Made by a program: the position numbers and the translations under genes. Source: an uncultured Acetobacteraceae bacterium (lineage in GTDB: Bacteria > Pseudomonadota > Alphaproteobacteria > Acetobacterales > Acetobacteraceae). From it: a stretch of 64,000 nt of DNA. The stretch covers positions 24,735 to 88,734 of the forward strand of contig CAXULX010000006.1 in assembly GCA_964252005.1 (NCBI GenBank), written 5' to 3'. The notes under the pieces are model-generated. The model had not been told where the DNA came from and made no database searches. It saw only the letters and a list, made by a program, of their open reading frames with translations. Shown piece by piece: positions 9,755 to 20,203 of the stretch; the stretch's first letter is position 1; each line of letters begins with the position of its first letter.

Positions 9755-10609
9755 CTGCTCATCGTCAACCCGCACAGCCGCCGCGGGGCGGACGCGGCCG
9801 GGCTGGTGGCGGAGGCGCTGGAGCGCGCCGGCGTGCCGGTCCTGCGCCGCAACTGCGCCGAGGCCGGCAAGCTCCCCGGCCTGATCCGCGAGATGGCGGG
9901 TCAGGTGGGGCGCGTGGTCATCGGCGGCGGCGACGGCACGCTCAATGCCGCGGCGGCTGGGCTGGTCGGCGCCGGGCTGCCGCTCGGCATCATCCCGCTC
10001 GGCACCGCGAACGACCTCGCACGCACGCTCGGCATCCCGCCCGACCCGGCGGCGGCGGCGCAGGTGATCGCGGCGGGCCGGGTGCGGCGCATCGACCTGG
10101 GCGAGGTGAACGGGCATCCGTTCTTCAACGTCGCCAGCATCGGCTTCGGCGTGGACCTGACGCGGGCGCTGACCCGCGACTCGAAGCGGCGCTGGGGCGC
10201 GCTCGGCTACGTGGTCGCCGGGCTGCGCGCCCTCGGCCGGCTGCGGCCGTTCTCGGTCGAGATCATCGAGGGCGGCATCACCCACCGCTCGCGCACCGTG
10301 CACGTCGCCGTGGGCAACGGGCGGCACTACGGCGGCGGCATGACGGTGTCGGAGGACGCCCGCATCGACGACGGCCGCCTCGACCTCTACAGCTTGGAGG
10401 TGCAGAGCCTTTGGCGCCTGCTGCTGCTGGCGCCCGCCTTGCGCAGCGGGCGGCACCATGCCTGGTCCGAAATCCGCACCCTGTCGGGACACGAGTTCGA
10501 GCTTCGCACCCGGCGGCCCCGTTCGGTGAACACCGACGGCGAGATCACCACCCGCACGCCGGCCCGCTTCCGCATCCTGTGCGGCGCCCTTGAGATGTAC
10601 GTGCCCTGA
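9710..10609 (+). CDS. YegS/diacylglycerol kinase family lipid kinase
   Basis: IVNPHS, GGGDGT, PLGTANDLAR, GNGRHYGGG, NTDGE. Confidence 0.92.
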   Translation: MTRPTVTRPAVTRPALLIVNPHSRRGADAAGLVAEALERAGVPVLRRNCAEAGKLPGLIREMAGQVGRVVIGGGDGTLNAAAAGLVGAGLPLGIIPLGTANDLARTLGIPPDPAAAAQVIAAGRVRRIDLGEVNGHPFFNVASIGFGVDLTRALTRDSKRRWGALGYVVAGLRALGRLRPFSVEIIEGGITHRSRTVHVAVGNGRHYGGGMTVSEDARIDDGRLDLYSLEVQSLWRLLLLAPALRSGRHHAWSEIRTLSGHEFELRTRRPRSVNTDGEITTRTPARFRILCGALEMYVP

Positions 10610-10659
10610 ACGGCGCGGGGGCCGTCGCGGCGGGGCTGCCGACCGGGCGGCTGCTGGCC

Positions 10660-11436
10660 TTGATCGCGGCCATGGCCGCGCTGCTCCTGCTGCTTCGGGC
10701 CGCGGCATGGGCCAGGCTGCGCCGCCGGCCGGCCGGCCTGGGCGTCCCCGCGCCGGCGCTGTTCCTCCTCGCGGCAGGCTGCGGGGCGGCGCTGCTTGCG
10801 GGGCTGACCGGGGTGGTGCTGCGGGCGCCCGGCGCCGTTTCGGCCTGGGACGTGGCAGCGGGCGCGGCGCTCGCGCCCTACCGCGCGCCCTGGCTGCTCG
10901 CCGCGTTCCTCTGGCTCACGACCTTGGGCACCGGCGCGGCGCTGGCGGGGATCGCGGTGACGGCGACGGGGTTCCTGTGGGCGGCCGGGCGCGGCGCGCT
11001 GATCCTGCCGCTCTGGGTCACCTTCGCCGGGGCGCAGGCGACGGCCTGGGGCAGCAAGTACGTGATCGGGCGCGCACGCCCGGCGTTCCTCGACGGCGTG
11101 GCCAGCGCGGCGTCGCCCTCCTTCCCCAGCGCGCACGCGGCCGGTTCGGCCGCCGTGCTCGGCTTCGTCGCCTTCGCGGTGGCCGTCGGCCTGCCGGGAC
11201 GGCGCGAGCGTTTCGAGGTGGCGTTCTGGGCCGTCGTACTGGTGGCGATGATCGGCTTCAGCCGCGTGTTCCTGGGCGTCCACTTCGCGACCGACGTGGC
11301 GGCCGGCTTCCTGGCCGGCGCGTCCTGGCTGCTCGTTGGCATGGCGCTCGCCGTCGCCCGCCTTGCCGCAAACCCGTTGGGACGGCAAGCTGCGGCCTCC
11401 CCTGCGCAGAGGCCGCCCGATGATCGCCCTCGATGA
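10660..11436 (+). CDS. PAP2 family phosphatase
   Basis: KYVIGRARP, SFPSAHA, SRVFLGVHFATDV catalytic motifs; start uncertain (frame open from about 10606). Confidence 0.9.
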   Translation: MIAAMAALLLLLRAAAWARLRRRPAGLGVPAPALFLLAAGCGAALLAGLTGVVLRAPGAVSAWDVAAGAALAPYRAPWLLAAFLWLTTLGTGAALAGIAVTATGFLWAAGRGALILPLWVTFAGAQATAWGSKYVIGRARPAFLDGVASAASPSFPSAHAAGSAAVLGFVAFAVAVGLPGRRERFEVAFWAVVLVAMIGFSRVFLGVHFATDVAAGFLAGASWLLVGMALAVARLAANPLGRQAAASPAQRPPDDRPR

Positions 11437-13007
11437 TCGCAACTGAATACGACATCATCATCGTCGGCGGCGGCTCGGCGGGCGCCGTGTTGGCGGCACG
11501 GCTCAGCGAGGACCCGGGCACCCGCGTGCTGCTGCTGGAGGCCGGGCGCGACCTCCGCTCGGCCGACACGCCGGAGCATATCAGCATCCCCAACCCCATG
11601 CGCGCCATCGGCGACGACGGCTTCCGCTGGCCGTATCTGATGGCCCGGCGCACGCCGGCGCAGGAGCCGAAGCTGCTCTGGCGGGGCCGGGCCATGGGCG
11701 GCAGCTCGACCATCAACGGCCAGATCGCGATCCGCGGCACGCCTGACGATTTCGAGCGTTGGGCCGCCGCCGGCTGCACCGGCTGGGCCTGGGCGGACAT
11801 GCTGCCGTATTTCCGCAAGCTGGAGACGGACAAGGACTTCCCAGACGCCTCCTACCACGGCGACCACGGCCCCATCCCCGTCTATCGCGCGCCGCCCGAG
11901 GCATGGGGCGGCGTGGACCGCGCGCTCCGCGACGCATCGCTCGGCCTCGGCTACGGCTGGTGCGACGACCACAATGCGCCCGAGGGCACCGGCGCCTCGC
12001 CCTATGCCATCAACAGCATCGGTGGCCGCCGGGTCTCGACCAATGACGGCTACCTGGAGCCGGCCCGCGGACGCGCCAACCTGCACATCGTCGGCGACGC
12101 GCTGGTCGAGGCGGTGCAGATGGAGGGCAACCGGCCCCATGCGTCGGGCGTCCGTGTGCGCGTCGGCGGCCAAACCCATGCGCCCCGGGCAACGCGGGAG
12201 GTGATCCTGTGCGCCGGCGCCATCCACTCGCCCGCCCTGCTGCAACGCTCCGGCATCGGCCCGGCGGCGCTGCTGCAGCGCCTCGGCATCCCGGTCGCCG
12301 CCGACCGTCCGGTGGGGGAGAACCTGCTCGACCATCCCATGGTCGGCGCCCTGCTGCACCTCCGCCCGGCCGCACGGGTCAGCACGCTCATGCACCGCCA
12401 CACCAATTGCTGCCTGCGCTACAGCTCGGGCCTCGGCGGCGCCGGGGAGAACGACATGATCATGATCGCCGGCAACTTGGCCGGCGCGCTGCTGAGCCGG
12501 GGCGGCCCGGACGCCGCGCGCGGGCGCCTCGCCGTCTCGGTCTATCAGGCGTTCAGTCAGGGCCACGTCCGCATCACCAGCCCCGACCCGACGGTCGATC
12601 CCGAGGTGGAGGAGCACATGCTGTCCGACGAGCGCGACCTGCTGCGCCTGCGCGACGGCGTGCGCCGCCTGGAGGCGCTCTGCGGCCAACCGGCCTTCCA
12701 GGCCATCGCCGAGCGGGTGGAATACGGCGCCTCCGGCCGCTCCATGGAGGATGGGCTGGACGACGCGGCGCTCGACGACTGGCTGTTCGCCGAATGCTCC
12801 GACGCGCAGCACGCGAGCGGCACCTGCCGGATGGGCGCGGCCGATGACCCGCGCTCCGTCGTGGACCCCGAGTGCCGGGTGATCGGCGCCACTGGCCTGC
12901 GAGTGATCGACGCCTCCATCATGCCGGAGGTGCCGCGCGCCAACACACACCTGACGACGGTCGCGGTGGCGGAGCGGATGGCGGACCGGCTGCGCGGGCG
13001 CTTGTGA
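11433..13007 (+). CDS. GMC family oxidoreductase (choline dehydrogenase-like)
   Basis: GGGSAG, GRAMGGSSTING, GAIHSPALLQRSGIG, HASGTCRMG, DASIMP, ANT. Confidence 0.93.
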   Translation: MIATEYDIIIVGGGSAGAVLAARLSEDPGTRVLLLEAGRDLRSADTPEHISIPNPMRAIGDDGFRWPYLMARRTPAQEPKLLWRGRAMGGSSTINGQIAIRGTPDDFERWAAAGCTGWAWADMLPYFRKLETDKDFPDASYHGDHGPIPVYRAPPEAWGGVDRALRDASLGLGYGWCDDHNAPEGTGASPYAINSIGGRRVSTNDGYLEPARGRANLHIVGDALVEAVQMEGNRPHASGVRVRVGGQTHAPRATREVILCAGAIHSPALLQRSGIGPAALLQRLGIPVAADRPVGENLLDHPMVGALLHLRPAARVSTLMHRHTNCCLRYSSGLGGAGENDMIMIAGNLAGALLSRGGPDAARGRLAVSVYQAFSQGHVRITSPDPTVDPEVEEHMLSDERDLLRLRDGVRRLEALCGQPAFQAIAERVEYGASGRSMEDGLDDAALDDWLFAECSDAQHASGTCRMGAADDPRSVVDPECRVIGATGLRVIDASIMPEVPRANTHLTTVAVAERMADRLRGRL

Positions 13008-13067
13008 CGCTTGCCAGGCCGGGCGCCGCTCGGCTTTATTGGCTGCCGGGATAGCGGGAGAGCGGAC

Positions 13068-14648
13068 ATGCGGCGTCGAACCCTTCTGGCGGCGCTCGGG
13101 GCGTCCAGCCTGGCCCGGCCCGCCCTGCTGCGCGCCGCCGCGGCCACGACCCTGCGCTTCGTGCCGCAGATCGACCTCGCCTTCCTCGACCCCCACTGGA
13201 CCACCGCCAACATCACCCGCAACCACGGGCACATGGTGTTCGACACCCTCTATGGCTGCGACGCCGCGTATCGCGCCACGCCGCAGATGCTGGAGGGGCA
13301 CGTGACGGGGCAGGACGGCAAGCTCTGGCGCCTCACCCTGCGGCCGGGCCTGATGTGGCATGACGGCACGCCCGTGCTCGCGCGGGACTGCGTCGCCAGC
13401 ATCCGCCGCTGGGCCAAGCGGGACGCGATGGGCGGCACCCTGATGCGCGCGACCGACGAGCTGTCGGCGCCCGACGACCGCACCATCCAGTTCCGCCTGA
13501 ACAAGCCGTTCCCCCTGCTGCCGGACGCGCTCGGCAAGCCCGCCTCCTACATGCCGGCGATGATGCCGGAGCGCCTGGCCCAGACCGATGCGATGACGCA
13601 GGTGGGCGAGATGGTCGGCAGCGGCCCGTTCCGCTACGTCGCGAACGAGCGCGTGCAGGGTGCCCGCAACGTGTATGCCCGCTTCGACGGCTACAAGCCG
13701 CGGGACGGCGGCACGCCCGACTGGTTCTCCGGCCCCAAGGTCGTGCATTACGACCGCGTCGAATGGACCACGATCCCCGACAGCGCCACCGCCGCAGCCG
13801 CCCTGCAAGCGGGCGAGCAGGACTGGTGGGAGCAGGCGGCCCCGGACCTCCTGCCGCTGCTGCGCCGCACGAAGGGGATGGTGGTCGAGGTCATGGACCC
13901 CTCCGGCACCATCGGCATGATGCGCCCGAACCACCTGCAGCCGCCGTTCGACAACCCCGCCATCCGCCGCGCCCTGCTGCATGCGCTCGACCAGCCCGCC
14001 ATGATGCAGGCCATCGTCGGCGACGACCCGGCGCTCTACACCGCCCCGGTCGGCGTGTTCATGCCCGGCGGCCCGATGGCGAGCGACGCCGGGCTGGGGG
14101 CGGTCGGCAGCCAGAAGGGCGACCTGCCGGCGGCGGCGAAGGCGCTGAGGGACGCCGGCTACAAGGGCGAGGCCGTGGAGCTGATCGTGCCCAACGACTA
14201 CCTGCACATGCGCCTGATGGGCGAGGTGCTTGCCGACACCATGCGCCGCGCCGGCATGACGGTGAACTACGTCGCGACCGACTGGGCGACCATGCTGCAA
14301 CGCCGCACCAACAAAGGCCCGGTCGCCCAGGGCGGCTGGAGCGGCTTCGTCACCTCGTGGACCGGCAGCGACTGGCTCAGCCCCGCGACCCACCTTTCGC
14401 TGCGCGGCAACGGCCTGGCCGGCTATCCCGGCTGGTCCACCAGCGAACGCACCGAGGCGCTGATCGCCGCCTGGTTCGACGCCCCCGACCCGGCCGCCCG
14501 CCAGGCGATCTGCCGCGACATCCAGGCCCAATGCATGGAGGACGTGCCCTTCTTCCCGCTCGGCCAGTATGCGGTCACGACGGCCTATCGCGGCATCCAG
14601 GGCGTGCTGAAGGGCTTCCCGACGTTCTGGAACGTCCGCCCCACTTGA
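13068..14648 (+). CDS. Peptide/nickel-type (family 5) ABC substrate-binding protein, Tat signal
   Basis: MRRRTLLAALG; VFDTLYG, LRPGLMWHDGTPV, VGSGPFR, PPFDNPAIRRA. Confidence 0.9.
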   Translation: MRRRTLLAALGASSLARPALLRAAAATTLRFVPQIDLAFLDPHWTTANITRNHGHMVFDTLYGCDAAYRATPQMLEGHVTGQDGKLWRLTLRPGLMWHDGTPVLARDCVASIRRWAKRDAMGGTLMRATDELSAPDDRTIQFRLNKPFPLLPDALGKPASYMPAMMPERLAQTDAMTQVGEMVGSGPFRYVANERVQGARNVYARFDGYKPRDGGTPDWFSGPKVVHYDRVEWTTIPDSATAAAALQAGEQDWWEQAAPDLLPLLRRTKGMVVEVMDPSGTIGMMRPNHLQPPFDNPAIRRALLHALDQPAMMQAIVGDDPALYTAPVGVFMPGGPMASDAGLGAVGSQKGDLPAAAKALRDAGYKGEAVELIVPNDYLHMRLMGEVLADTMRRAGMTVNYVATDWATMLQRRTNKGPVAQGGWSGFVTSWTGSDWLSPATHLSLRGNGLAGYPGWSTSERTEALIAAWFDAPDPAARQAICRDIQAQCMEDVPFFPLGQYAVTTAYRGIQGVLKGFPTFWNVRPT

Positions 14649-14659
14649 AGGAGCCGCCA

Positions 14660-15967
14660 ATGCCCCATGAGACCATCCACGAGCGCCTCCGCCACGCGGT
14701 CGCCGCCGGGTTCGAGCGGCAGACGGAGTTCCTGGCCGACCTCGTGCGCTTCCCCTCGGTGCGCGGCCAGGAGGCCCCGTTGCAGGACTGGATGGCCCGG
14801 CAGCTCGCGCGCCGCGGCTACAGCGTGGACCGCTACACGCTCGACCAGGTGGACATGTCCAACCTCGCGGGCTTCAGCCCCGTGCTGGACACCGACTACA
14901 GCCGCGCCGTGCAGGTCGTGGCCACGCGCCGGGCGGACGCCGCGACCGGCCGCAGCCTGATCCTGCAAGGCCATGTCGATGTCGTCCCCGCCGGCCCCCT
15001 GGCGCTCTGGGGCACGCCGCCGTTCGATCCCGTCATCCGGGACGGCTGGCTGCACGGCCGTGGCGCCGGCGACATGAAGCAGGGCGTGTCGGCCATGGTG
15101 TTCGCGCTGGACGCCATCCGCGCCGCCGGCCTCGACCTCGCCGCCGATGTCCATGTGCAGACGGTGACGGAGGAGGAGTGCACCGGCAACGGCGCGCTCT
15201 CGACCCTCGCCCGCGGCTACCGCGCCGACGCGGTGCTGATCCCCGAGCCGACGGACGCCACCATCACCCGCGCCCATGTCGGCGTCATGTGGTTCCGCCT
15301 GCGCGTCCGCGGCGTGCCGGTGCACGTGGCCCGGGCGCAGGCCGGCACGAACGCCATCATGTCCGCCTTCCAGCTCATCCAGGCGCTGCAACGCCACACC
15401 GCGGCGCTCAACGAGGCCGCCCGCGCCGACCCGTGGTTCGGCGACGCCGCGGAGCCGCTCAAGTTCAACCCCGGCGTGATCCGCGGCGGCGACTGGGCCA
15501 GCAGCACGCCCGCCTGGTGCGAGGTGGATTGCCGCATCGGCCTGCTGCCCGGCACCAGCCTGGCGGTCGCGCGCGACGGGGTGGAGCGCTGCGTCGCGGA
15601 GGCGGCCCGGGCCGACGGCTTCATGGCCAACAACCCGCCCGACATCATCTGGAACGGCTTCCAGGCCGATGGCTACGTGCTCGACCCCGGCAGCGAGGCG
15701 GAGCGCGTGCTGGACGCCGCGCACCGCCGGGTCTTCGGCACGGAGATGAAGGAGCGCCGCTCGACCGCGGTCAACGACACCAGGTTCTACGGCCTGTACC
15801 ACCGGATGCCGGCGCTGTGCTACGGGCCCCGCGGGGAGAACCACCACGGCTTCGACGAGCGTGCCCACCTGCCGACGCTGCAAGCGGTCACCCTCGCCAT
15901 CGCCGTCTTCGTCGCCGATTGGTGCGGCGTGCGGGAGCGCCCGGCTCCGGACGCCGCGCCGTCCTGA
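14660..15967 (+). CDS. ArgE/DapE (M20) family deacylase
   Basis: GHVDVVP, GRGAGDMK, TEEE, HGFDE; GGAG RBS before ATG 14660. Confidence 0.92.
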   Translation: MPHETIHERLRHAVAAGFERQTEFLADLVRFPSVRGQEAPLQDWMARQLARRGYSVDRYTLDQVDMSNLAGFSPVLDTDYSRAVQVVATRRADAATGRSLILQGHVDVVPAGPLALWGTPPFDPVIRDGWLHGRGAGDMKQGVSAMVFALDAIRAAGLDLAADVHVQTVTEEECTGNGALSTLARGYRADAVLIPEPTDATITRAHVGVMWFRLRVRGVPVHVARAQAGTNAIMSAFQLIQALQRHTAALNEAARADPWFGDAAEPLKFNPGVIRGGDWASSTPAWCEVDCRIGLLPGTSLAVARDGVERCVAEAARADGFMANNPPDIIWNGFQADGYVLDPGSEAERVLDAAHRRVFGTEMKERRSTAVNDTRFYGLYHRMPALCYGPRGENHHGFDERAHLPTLQAVTLAIAVFVADWCGVRERPAPDAAPS

Positions 15968-15984
15968 CCCGGCGCGTGCGCCGG

Positions 15985-16563
15985 CTACGGTGCCGGGGCG
16001 CCCAGCAGGCGCGCCTTCAGGTCCTCTGACGGCGGGTTGTCGCCGATGAAGCCGCCCAGGATGCGGGTGGCGAGGTCCGGGTTGGCGAAGTCGCCGACCT
16101 GCTTGGTGTTGAACAGCACCCGCAGGCCGCGCTGCGTGAACACATAGGCCAGCGTGTCGCCCACCGCGGCGCCCGGCGTCGCCGCGATCAGGCGCTCGAA
16201 ATCGGCCTGGTCGGACGGCGCGCATTCGCCGTGGCCGCAGTTCTTGGCCTCGCCCTCCCGGTACTGCTTCTCAACGTCCGCCTTCGAGGCCGCGTGCAGG
16301 AAGCGCATCAGGATCACCTTCGGACCCGGCGACGCCAGGATCGCACGCGCGTCCCGGCTTCGCTGCGTCACATACAGCCCGGCGACATAGACCTTCACCT
16401 TGAAGATGGTCAGCGTCCGGAGGCCAAGCCCGTTCAGCACCAGGCTCTGCCCGGCCAGCGGGTAGGTGTCAGGCAGGCTCTGGCCCGAGATGCTTGCCGC
16501 CCGCCCCGGTCCCGCCAGGCCAAGGACCCCGCATATCGCCAACAGCGCCACTCTCCGCCTCAT
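15985..16563 (-). CDS. Chalcone isomerase-like periplasmic protein
   Basis: Signal peptide; LVLNGLGLRT...VKVYVAGLY; IGDNPPSEDLKARLLG. Confidence 0.85.
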   Translation of the reverse strand: MRRRVALLAICGVLGLAGPGRAASISGQSLPDTYPLAGQSLVLNGLGLRTLTIFKVKVYVAGLYVTQRSRDARAILASPGPKVILMRFLHAASKADVEKQYREGEAKNCGHGECAPSDQADFERLIAATPGAAVGDTLAYVFTQRGLRVLFNTKQVGDFANPDLATRILGGFIGDNPPSEDLKARLLGAPAP

Positions 16564-16729
16564 CGCTCACTCCATTCAATACGGGCAACAGGCGCGGAGG
16601 GCGGGTGCGTCCCGGGCTTCAGAGAAGCCCCCTGCGTTCGCGAAGATGTGTCAGATGAGGGACGTTGATTTCCGCACTTGAGCATCGAACTCACAGCCAC
16701 CCAAATTCCTCTGATAAGGGCAGCCTATC

Positions 16730-17128
16730 ATGAAGAAGTTCCTCTGCGCAGGTTTGGCGGCGGCCTCGATCTGCACTGCCTTGCCAAAGCCGGCGGCGGC
16801 CGGGGGCGGCGGGTTCCTGTTCGGCACCGTCCTGGGGTTGGGTGTCGGCACCGCGGTCGGGTCCGCCGTGGCGCGACCGTATCCGTACAGCCCCTACCCC
16901 TATGCCTACTCCCCGTATGGGTACTACCCTTACGCGGCACCTTATCCCTACGCCTACCCGCCGCCCGTCGTCTATGCGCCGCCGGGTTACCTGCCGCTGC
17001 CCCCGGCGCCGTCTGCCGGCCCTGTGACCTACGCGCCGCCTGGGATACGCGCCCCGGCCGCGCCGGTCCCGACGTGCCGTCCTGGCCAGTTCTTCAACAC
17101 CTTGACCGGCAACTGCGACCGCCGCTGA
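16730..17128 (+). CDS. Small secreted Pro/Tyr-rich hypothetical protein
   Basis: Signal peptide, Gly-rich hydrophobic segment, YPY repeats, C-terminal CRPGQFFNTLTGNC. Confidence 0.7.
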   Translation: MKKFLCAGLAAASICTALPKPAAAGGGGFLFGTVLGLGVGTAVGSAVARPYPYSPYPYAYSPYGYYPYAAPYPYAYPPPVVYAPPGYLPLPPAPSAGPVTYAPPGIRAPAAPVPTCRPGQFFNTLTGNCDRR

Positions 17129-17134
17129 CGGCGG

Positions 17135-17911
17135 TCACGTCCCGCGCGGCGGGGGGCGGGCGCCGCGGCGGTCCTGCGCCGCCCACCGCCGGGCCAGCTT
17201 CGGCAGCCGCATCAGCGCGCCCATGATGAGCCGCGCATGCATGGCGGTCAGCAATAGGTTGTCCCTGCCGTAGCGGAAATGCGACACGCCGCCTTCGTCC
17301 GGCCGGAGATAGCGCACCGGGGCCGGCAGGTTGATCGCGGAAACGCCGGCCCAGCTCAGGCGGACCGCCGCCTCCGGATCGAAGTCGAACCGGCGCATGG
17401 AGGCGGACCGCTCCATGATCGGTAGCAACTCGTCGATGGGATACACCCGGAAGCCGAACAGGCTGTCGCCGATCCCGGCCCAGCCGGTCTCAAGCTGCGC
17501 CCACCAGTTGGACAGGCGACGGCCGCGCACACGGAGCGCCGGGGCGTCCGGCCCGAACTGCGGCACGCCCAGCACCATCGCGTCCGGCCGTGCCTGGCTC
17601 GCCTGCATGAAGCGCCTGATGTGCCCGGCCGGGTGCTGCCCGTCCGCGTCCATCACCAAGGCATGGGTGAACCCGGCCGCCCCCGCCAGGCGCAGCGCAT
17701 CGAGCACCGCGGCGCCCTTGCCGCCATTCCGCGCCCGGCGGATCAGCCGCACGCCGCGGTGCTGGGCAAGCAGTGCTTCGGACCCGTCCGTGCTGCCGTC
17801 CAGCACGACCCAGACGGCGGGCCATTCCGCCAGCGCCGCCAGGGCGGTGTCCAGCAGGCGTGCCCCGCTGTTGTAGCTGGGGATCACCACCACATGCGTC
17901 ACGGCGGCCAA
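17135..17911 (-). CDS. Glycosyltransferase family 2
   Basis: VVIPSYN, DGSTDG, NGGKGAA, MDADGQH. Confidence 0.92.
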   Translation of the reverse strand: MAAVTHVVVIPSYNSGARLLDTALAALAEWPAVWVVLDGSTDGSEALLAQHRGVRLIRRARNGGKGAAVLDALRLAGAAGFTHALVMDADGQHPAGHIRRFMQASQARPDAMVLGVPQFGPDAPALRVRGRRLSNWWAQLETGWAGIGDSLFGFRVYPIDELLPIMERSASMRRFDFDPEAAVRLSWAGVSAINLPAPVRYLRPDEGGVSHFRYGRDNLLLTAMHARLIMGALMRLPKLARRWAAQDRRGARPPPRGT

Positions 17912-18014
17912 GGATCAGGCGCCCTGCGGCACGCGGGCACCACGACGGCGGGCTGCGGCCCCTGGATCGCAGCCCGCGTTCAGACCACGGCGCACCTATG
18001 CCAAAACCGGAGCC

Positions 18015-19718
18015 TCAGTGCGCGTGCGCGCCGGCCGCCCCCACGCCGGTTTCCGACCGGACATACTGCTCAAGGAAAGCGGCCTGCTCCCGCTTGGCCC
18101 GCTGGCTGGTGTCGAGTTTCGAAACCAGCCAGATCGCGCCGAAGGCGAGCGGGACGGAGAACAAGGCGGGGTTGTCGTACGGGAACACCGCCGTGGCCGC
18201 CATGTGGAAGGTGTCCACCCACACCGCCTTGCTCAGCACGATCATCAGCACGGCGCTGGTCAGCCCGAGGAAGCCGCCGACCAGGGCGCCCAGCGTCGTC
18301 GTGCCGCTCCAGAGGATGGACATGAGCAGCACCGGGAAGTTGCAGCTCGCCGCGACGGAGAAGGCGAGGCCCACCATGAACGCGACGTTCTGGTTTTCGA
18401 ACACGTAGCCCAGCGCGATGGCGACCACGCCGATGACGACGGCGCTGATCTTGGAGACGTTGATCTCCCGCCCCTCCGTCGTGCGCCCGCGCGCGATCAC
18501 CGAGGCATAGAGGTCATGGCTGACCGCCGAGGCCCCGGCGAGCGTGAGGCCCGCCACCACGGCGAGGATGGTGGCGAAGGCCACGGCGGAGATGAAGCCG
18601 AACAGGACATCGCCGCCCACCGCGCGCGCCAGGTCGATGGCCGGCATGTTGGCCGCGCCACCGATCAGGTCCCTGATCTTGTCGAAGCTGCCATCGGCGC
18701 CGAGCTTGTAATAGCTCGGGTCGTTCATCAGGAAGGTGATCGCGCCGAAGCCGATGATGAAGGTCAGGATGTAGAAGTAGCCGATCAGCCCCGTCGCATA
18801 CAGCACCGACTTACGCGCCGCCTTCGCGTCGGACACGGTGAAGAAGCGCATTAGGATGTGCGGCAGCCCCGCCGTCCCGAAGATCAGCGCGAGGCCGAGC
18901 GAGATCGTCGAGACGGGGTCGGCGACGAAAGCGCCCGGCGCCATGATGGCGTCGCCCTTGGGATGCACCTGCACCGCGGCGGCGAACATGGCGTTCGGGT
19001 CGAAGTTGAAGTGGATCAGCACCATCAGCGCCATGAACGACGCGCCGCCCAGCAGCAGGCACGCCTTGATGATCTGCACCCAGGTCGTCGCCTTCATGCC
19101 GCCGAACACGACATAGACAATCATCAGCACGCCGACGATGGGCACGGCGTAGCTGTAGGGCAGGCCGAACAGCAGCTGGATGAGCTTGCCGGCCCCCACC
19201 ATCTGCGCGATCAGGTAGAACGAGACCACGATGAGCGTGCCCATGGCCGACAGCACGCGGATGGAGGTCTGGTCCAGGCGGAAGGCCGCCACGTCGGCGA
19301 AGGTGAACTTTCCGAGGTTGCGCAGCCGCTCCGCAATGGTGAACAGCACGATGGGCCAGCCGACGAGGAAGCCGATGGAATAGATCAGCCCGTCGAAGCC
19401 GTTGGAGAACACCAGGCCGGAAATGCCGAGGAAGGACGCCGCCGACATGTAGTCGCCGGCGATGGCCAGGCCGTTCTGCCCGGCGGAGATGCCGCCGCCG
19501 GCCGCGTAGAAGTCCGAGGCCGACTTGGTCTGCCGGGCCGCCCGGTAGGTGATCCCCAGCGTGAACAGCACGAAGACGAGGAATATGACGACGGCCGTGA
19601 TGTTCAGGCCCTGCTTCTCCACCGCGCCCTCGACGGCGCCGGCGGCCCAGGCCGCATGTGGGAGGGCCACCGCCGCCAGGGCGGCAGCCAGGGCCAGGCT
19701 TGACGGGCGCGGGATCAC
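18015..19718 (-). CDS. actP: Cation/acetate symporter ActP
   Basis: [47 protein letters not shown]; follows DUF485 gene. Confidence 0.93.
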   Translation of the reverse strand: MIPRPSSLALAAALAAVALPHAAWAAGAVEGAVEKQGLNITAVVIFLVFVLFTLGITYRAARQTKSASDFYAAGGGISAGQNGLAIAGDYMSAASFLGISGLVFSNGFDGLIYSIGFLVGWPIVLFTIAERLRNLGKFTFADVAAFRLDQTSIRVLSAMGTLIVVSFYLIAQMVGAGKLIQLLFGLPYSYAVPIVGVLMIVYVVFGGMKATTWVQIIKACLLLGGASFMALMVLIHFNFDPNAMFAAAVQVHPKGDAIMAPGAFVADPVSTISLGLALIFGTAGLPHILMRFFTVSDAKAARKSVLYATGLIGYFYILTFIIGFGAITFLMNDPSYYKLGADGSFDKIRDLIGGAANMPAIDLARAVGGDVLFGFISAVAFATILAVVAGLTLAGASAVSHDLYASVIARGRTTEGREINVSKISAVVIGVVAIALGYVFENQNVAFMVGLAFSVAASCNFPVLLMSILWSGTTTLGALVGGFLGLTSAVLMIVLSKAVWVDTFHMAATAVFPYDNPALFSVPLAFGAIWLVSKLDTSQRAKREQAAFLEQYVRSETGVGAAGAHAH

Positions 19719-20077
19719 CGGCCCACCTCCCGCTTCAACTGCTCGGTCAGCTCGTCGAAGCGGCCGTTGGCCCGGACCACGTAGATGCCGGTCACGACGA
19801 ACGCGGACAGGATCACGCCCAGGCCGAGCACGATGCCCAACGAGGTGGTACCCCCGCCGACCTTCTGGGCCAGCAAGGGCTTGTCGAACGCGACGAGCAA
19901 GATGAAGCCGAGATAGATGAACAGCATCAACAGCGAGAGGGTCCAGCCGAACCTGTTGCGGCTGGACACGAGCGCCTGGAACTTGGGATGGCGCAGGAGA
20001 CGCTGATACTCGCCCGCCCCGACGTCCGCGCTCATCCGGCTTTCCACAGCGGCCGCAGCCGTCGCGTTCATACTCAT
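19715..20077 (-). CDS. DUF485 (YjcH-like) membrane protein
   Basis: [25 protein letters not shown]; overlaps actP start. Confidence 0.88.
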   Translation of the reverse strand: MSMNATAAAAVESRMSADVGAGEYQRLLRHPKFQALVSSRNRFGWTLSLLMLFIYLGFILLVAFDKPLLAQKVGGGTTSLGIVLGLGVILSAFVVTGIYVVRANGRFDELTEQLKREVGR

Positions 20078-20203
20078 CCCCGTTTTACTCCCCGCCTTGA
20101 TTTTTCAGCTTGGCATTGAGCAGCCATGGTTTGAAATCGCTTGTCAAGAGCGGCGCGCGCTCAGGACCTTGGCGGCATGCCTCCTGGTCTGCGGGCGGAA
20201 TGG

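Noticed and set aside
10878-14660. 1260-aa minus-strand ORF, and similar long antisense ORFs (21927-25439, 53633-56659, 46982-49555)
   Set aside because: Shadow ORFs opposite well-supported genes; expected in very GC-rich DNA; no motifs.
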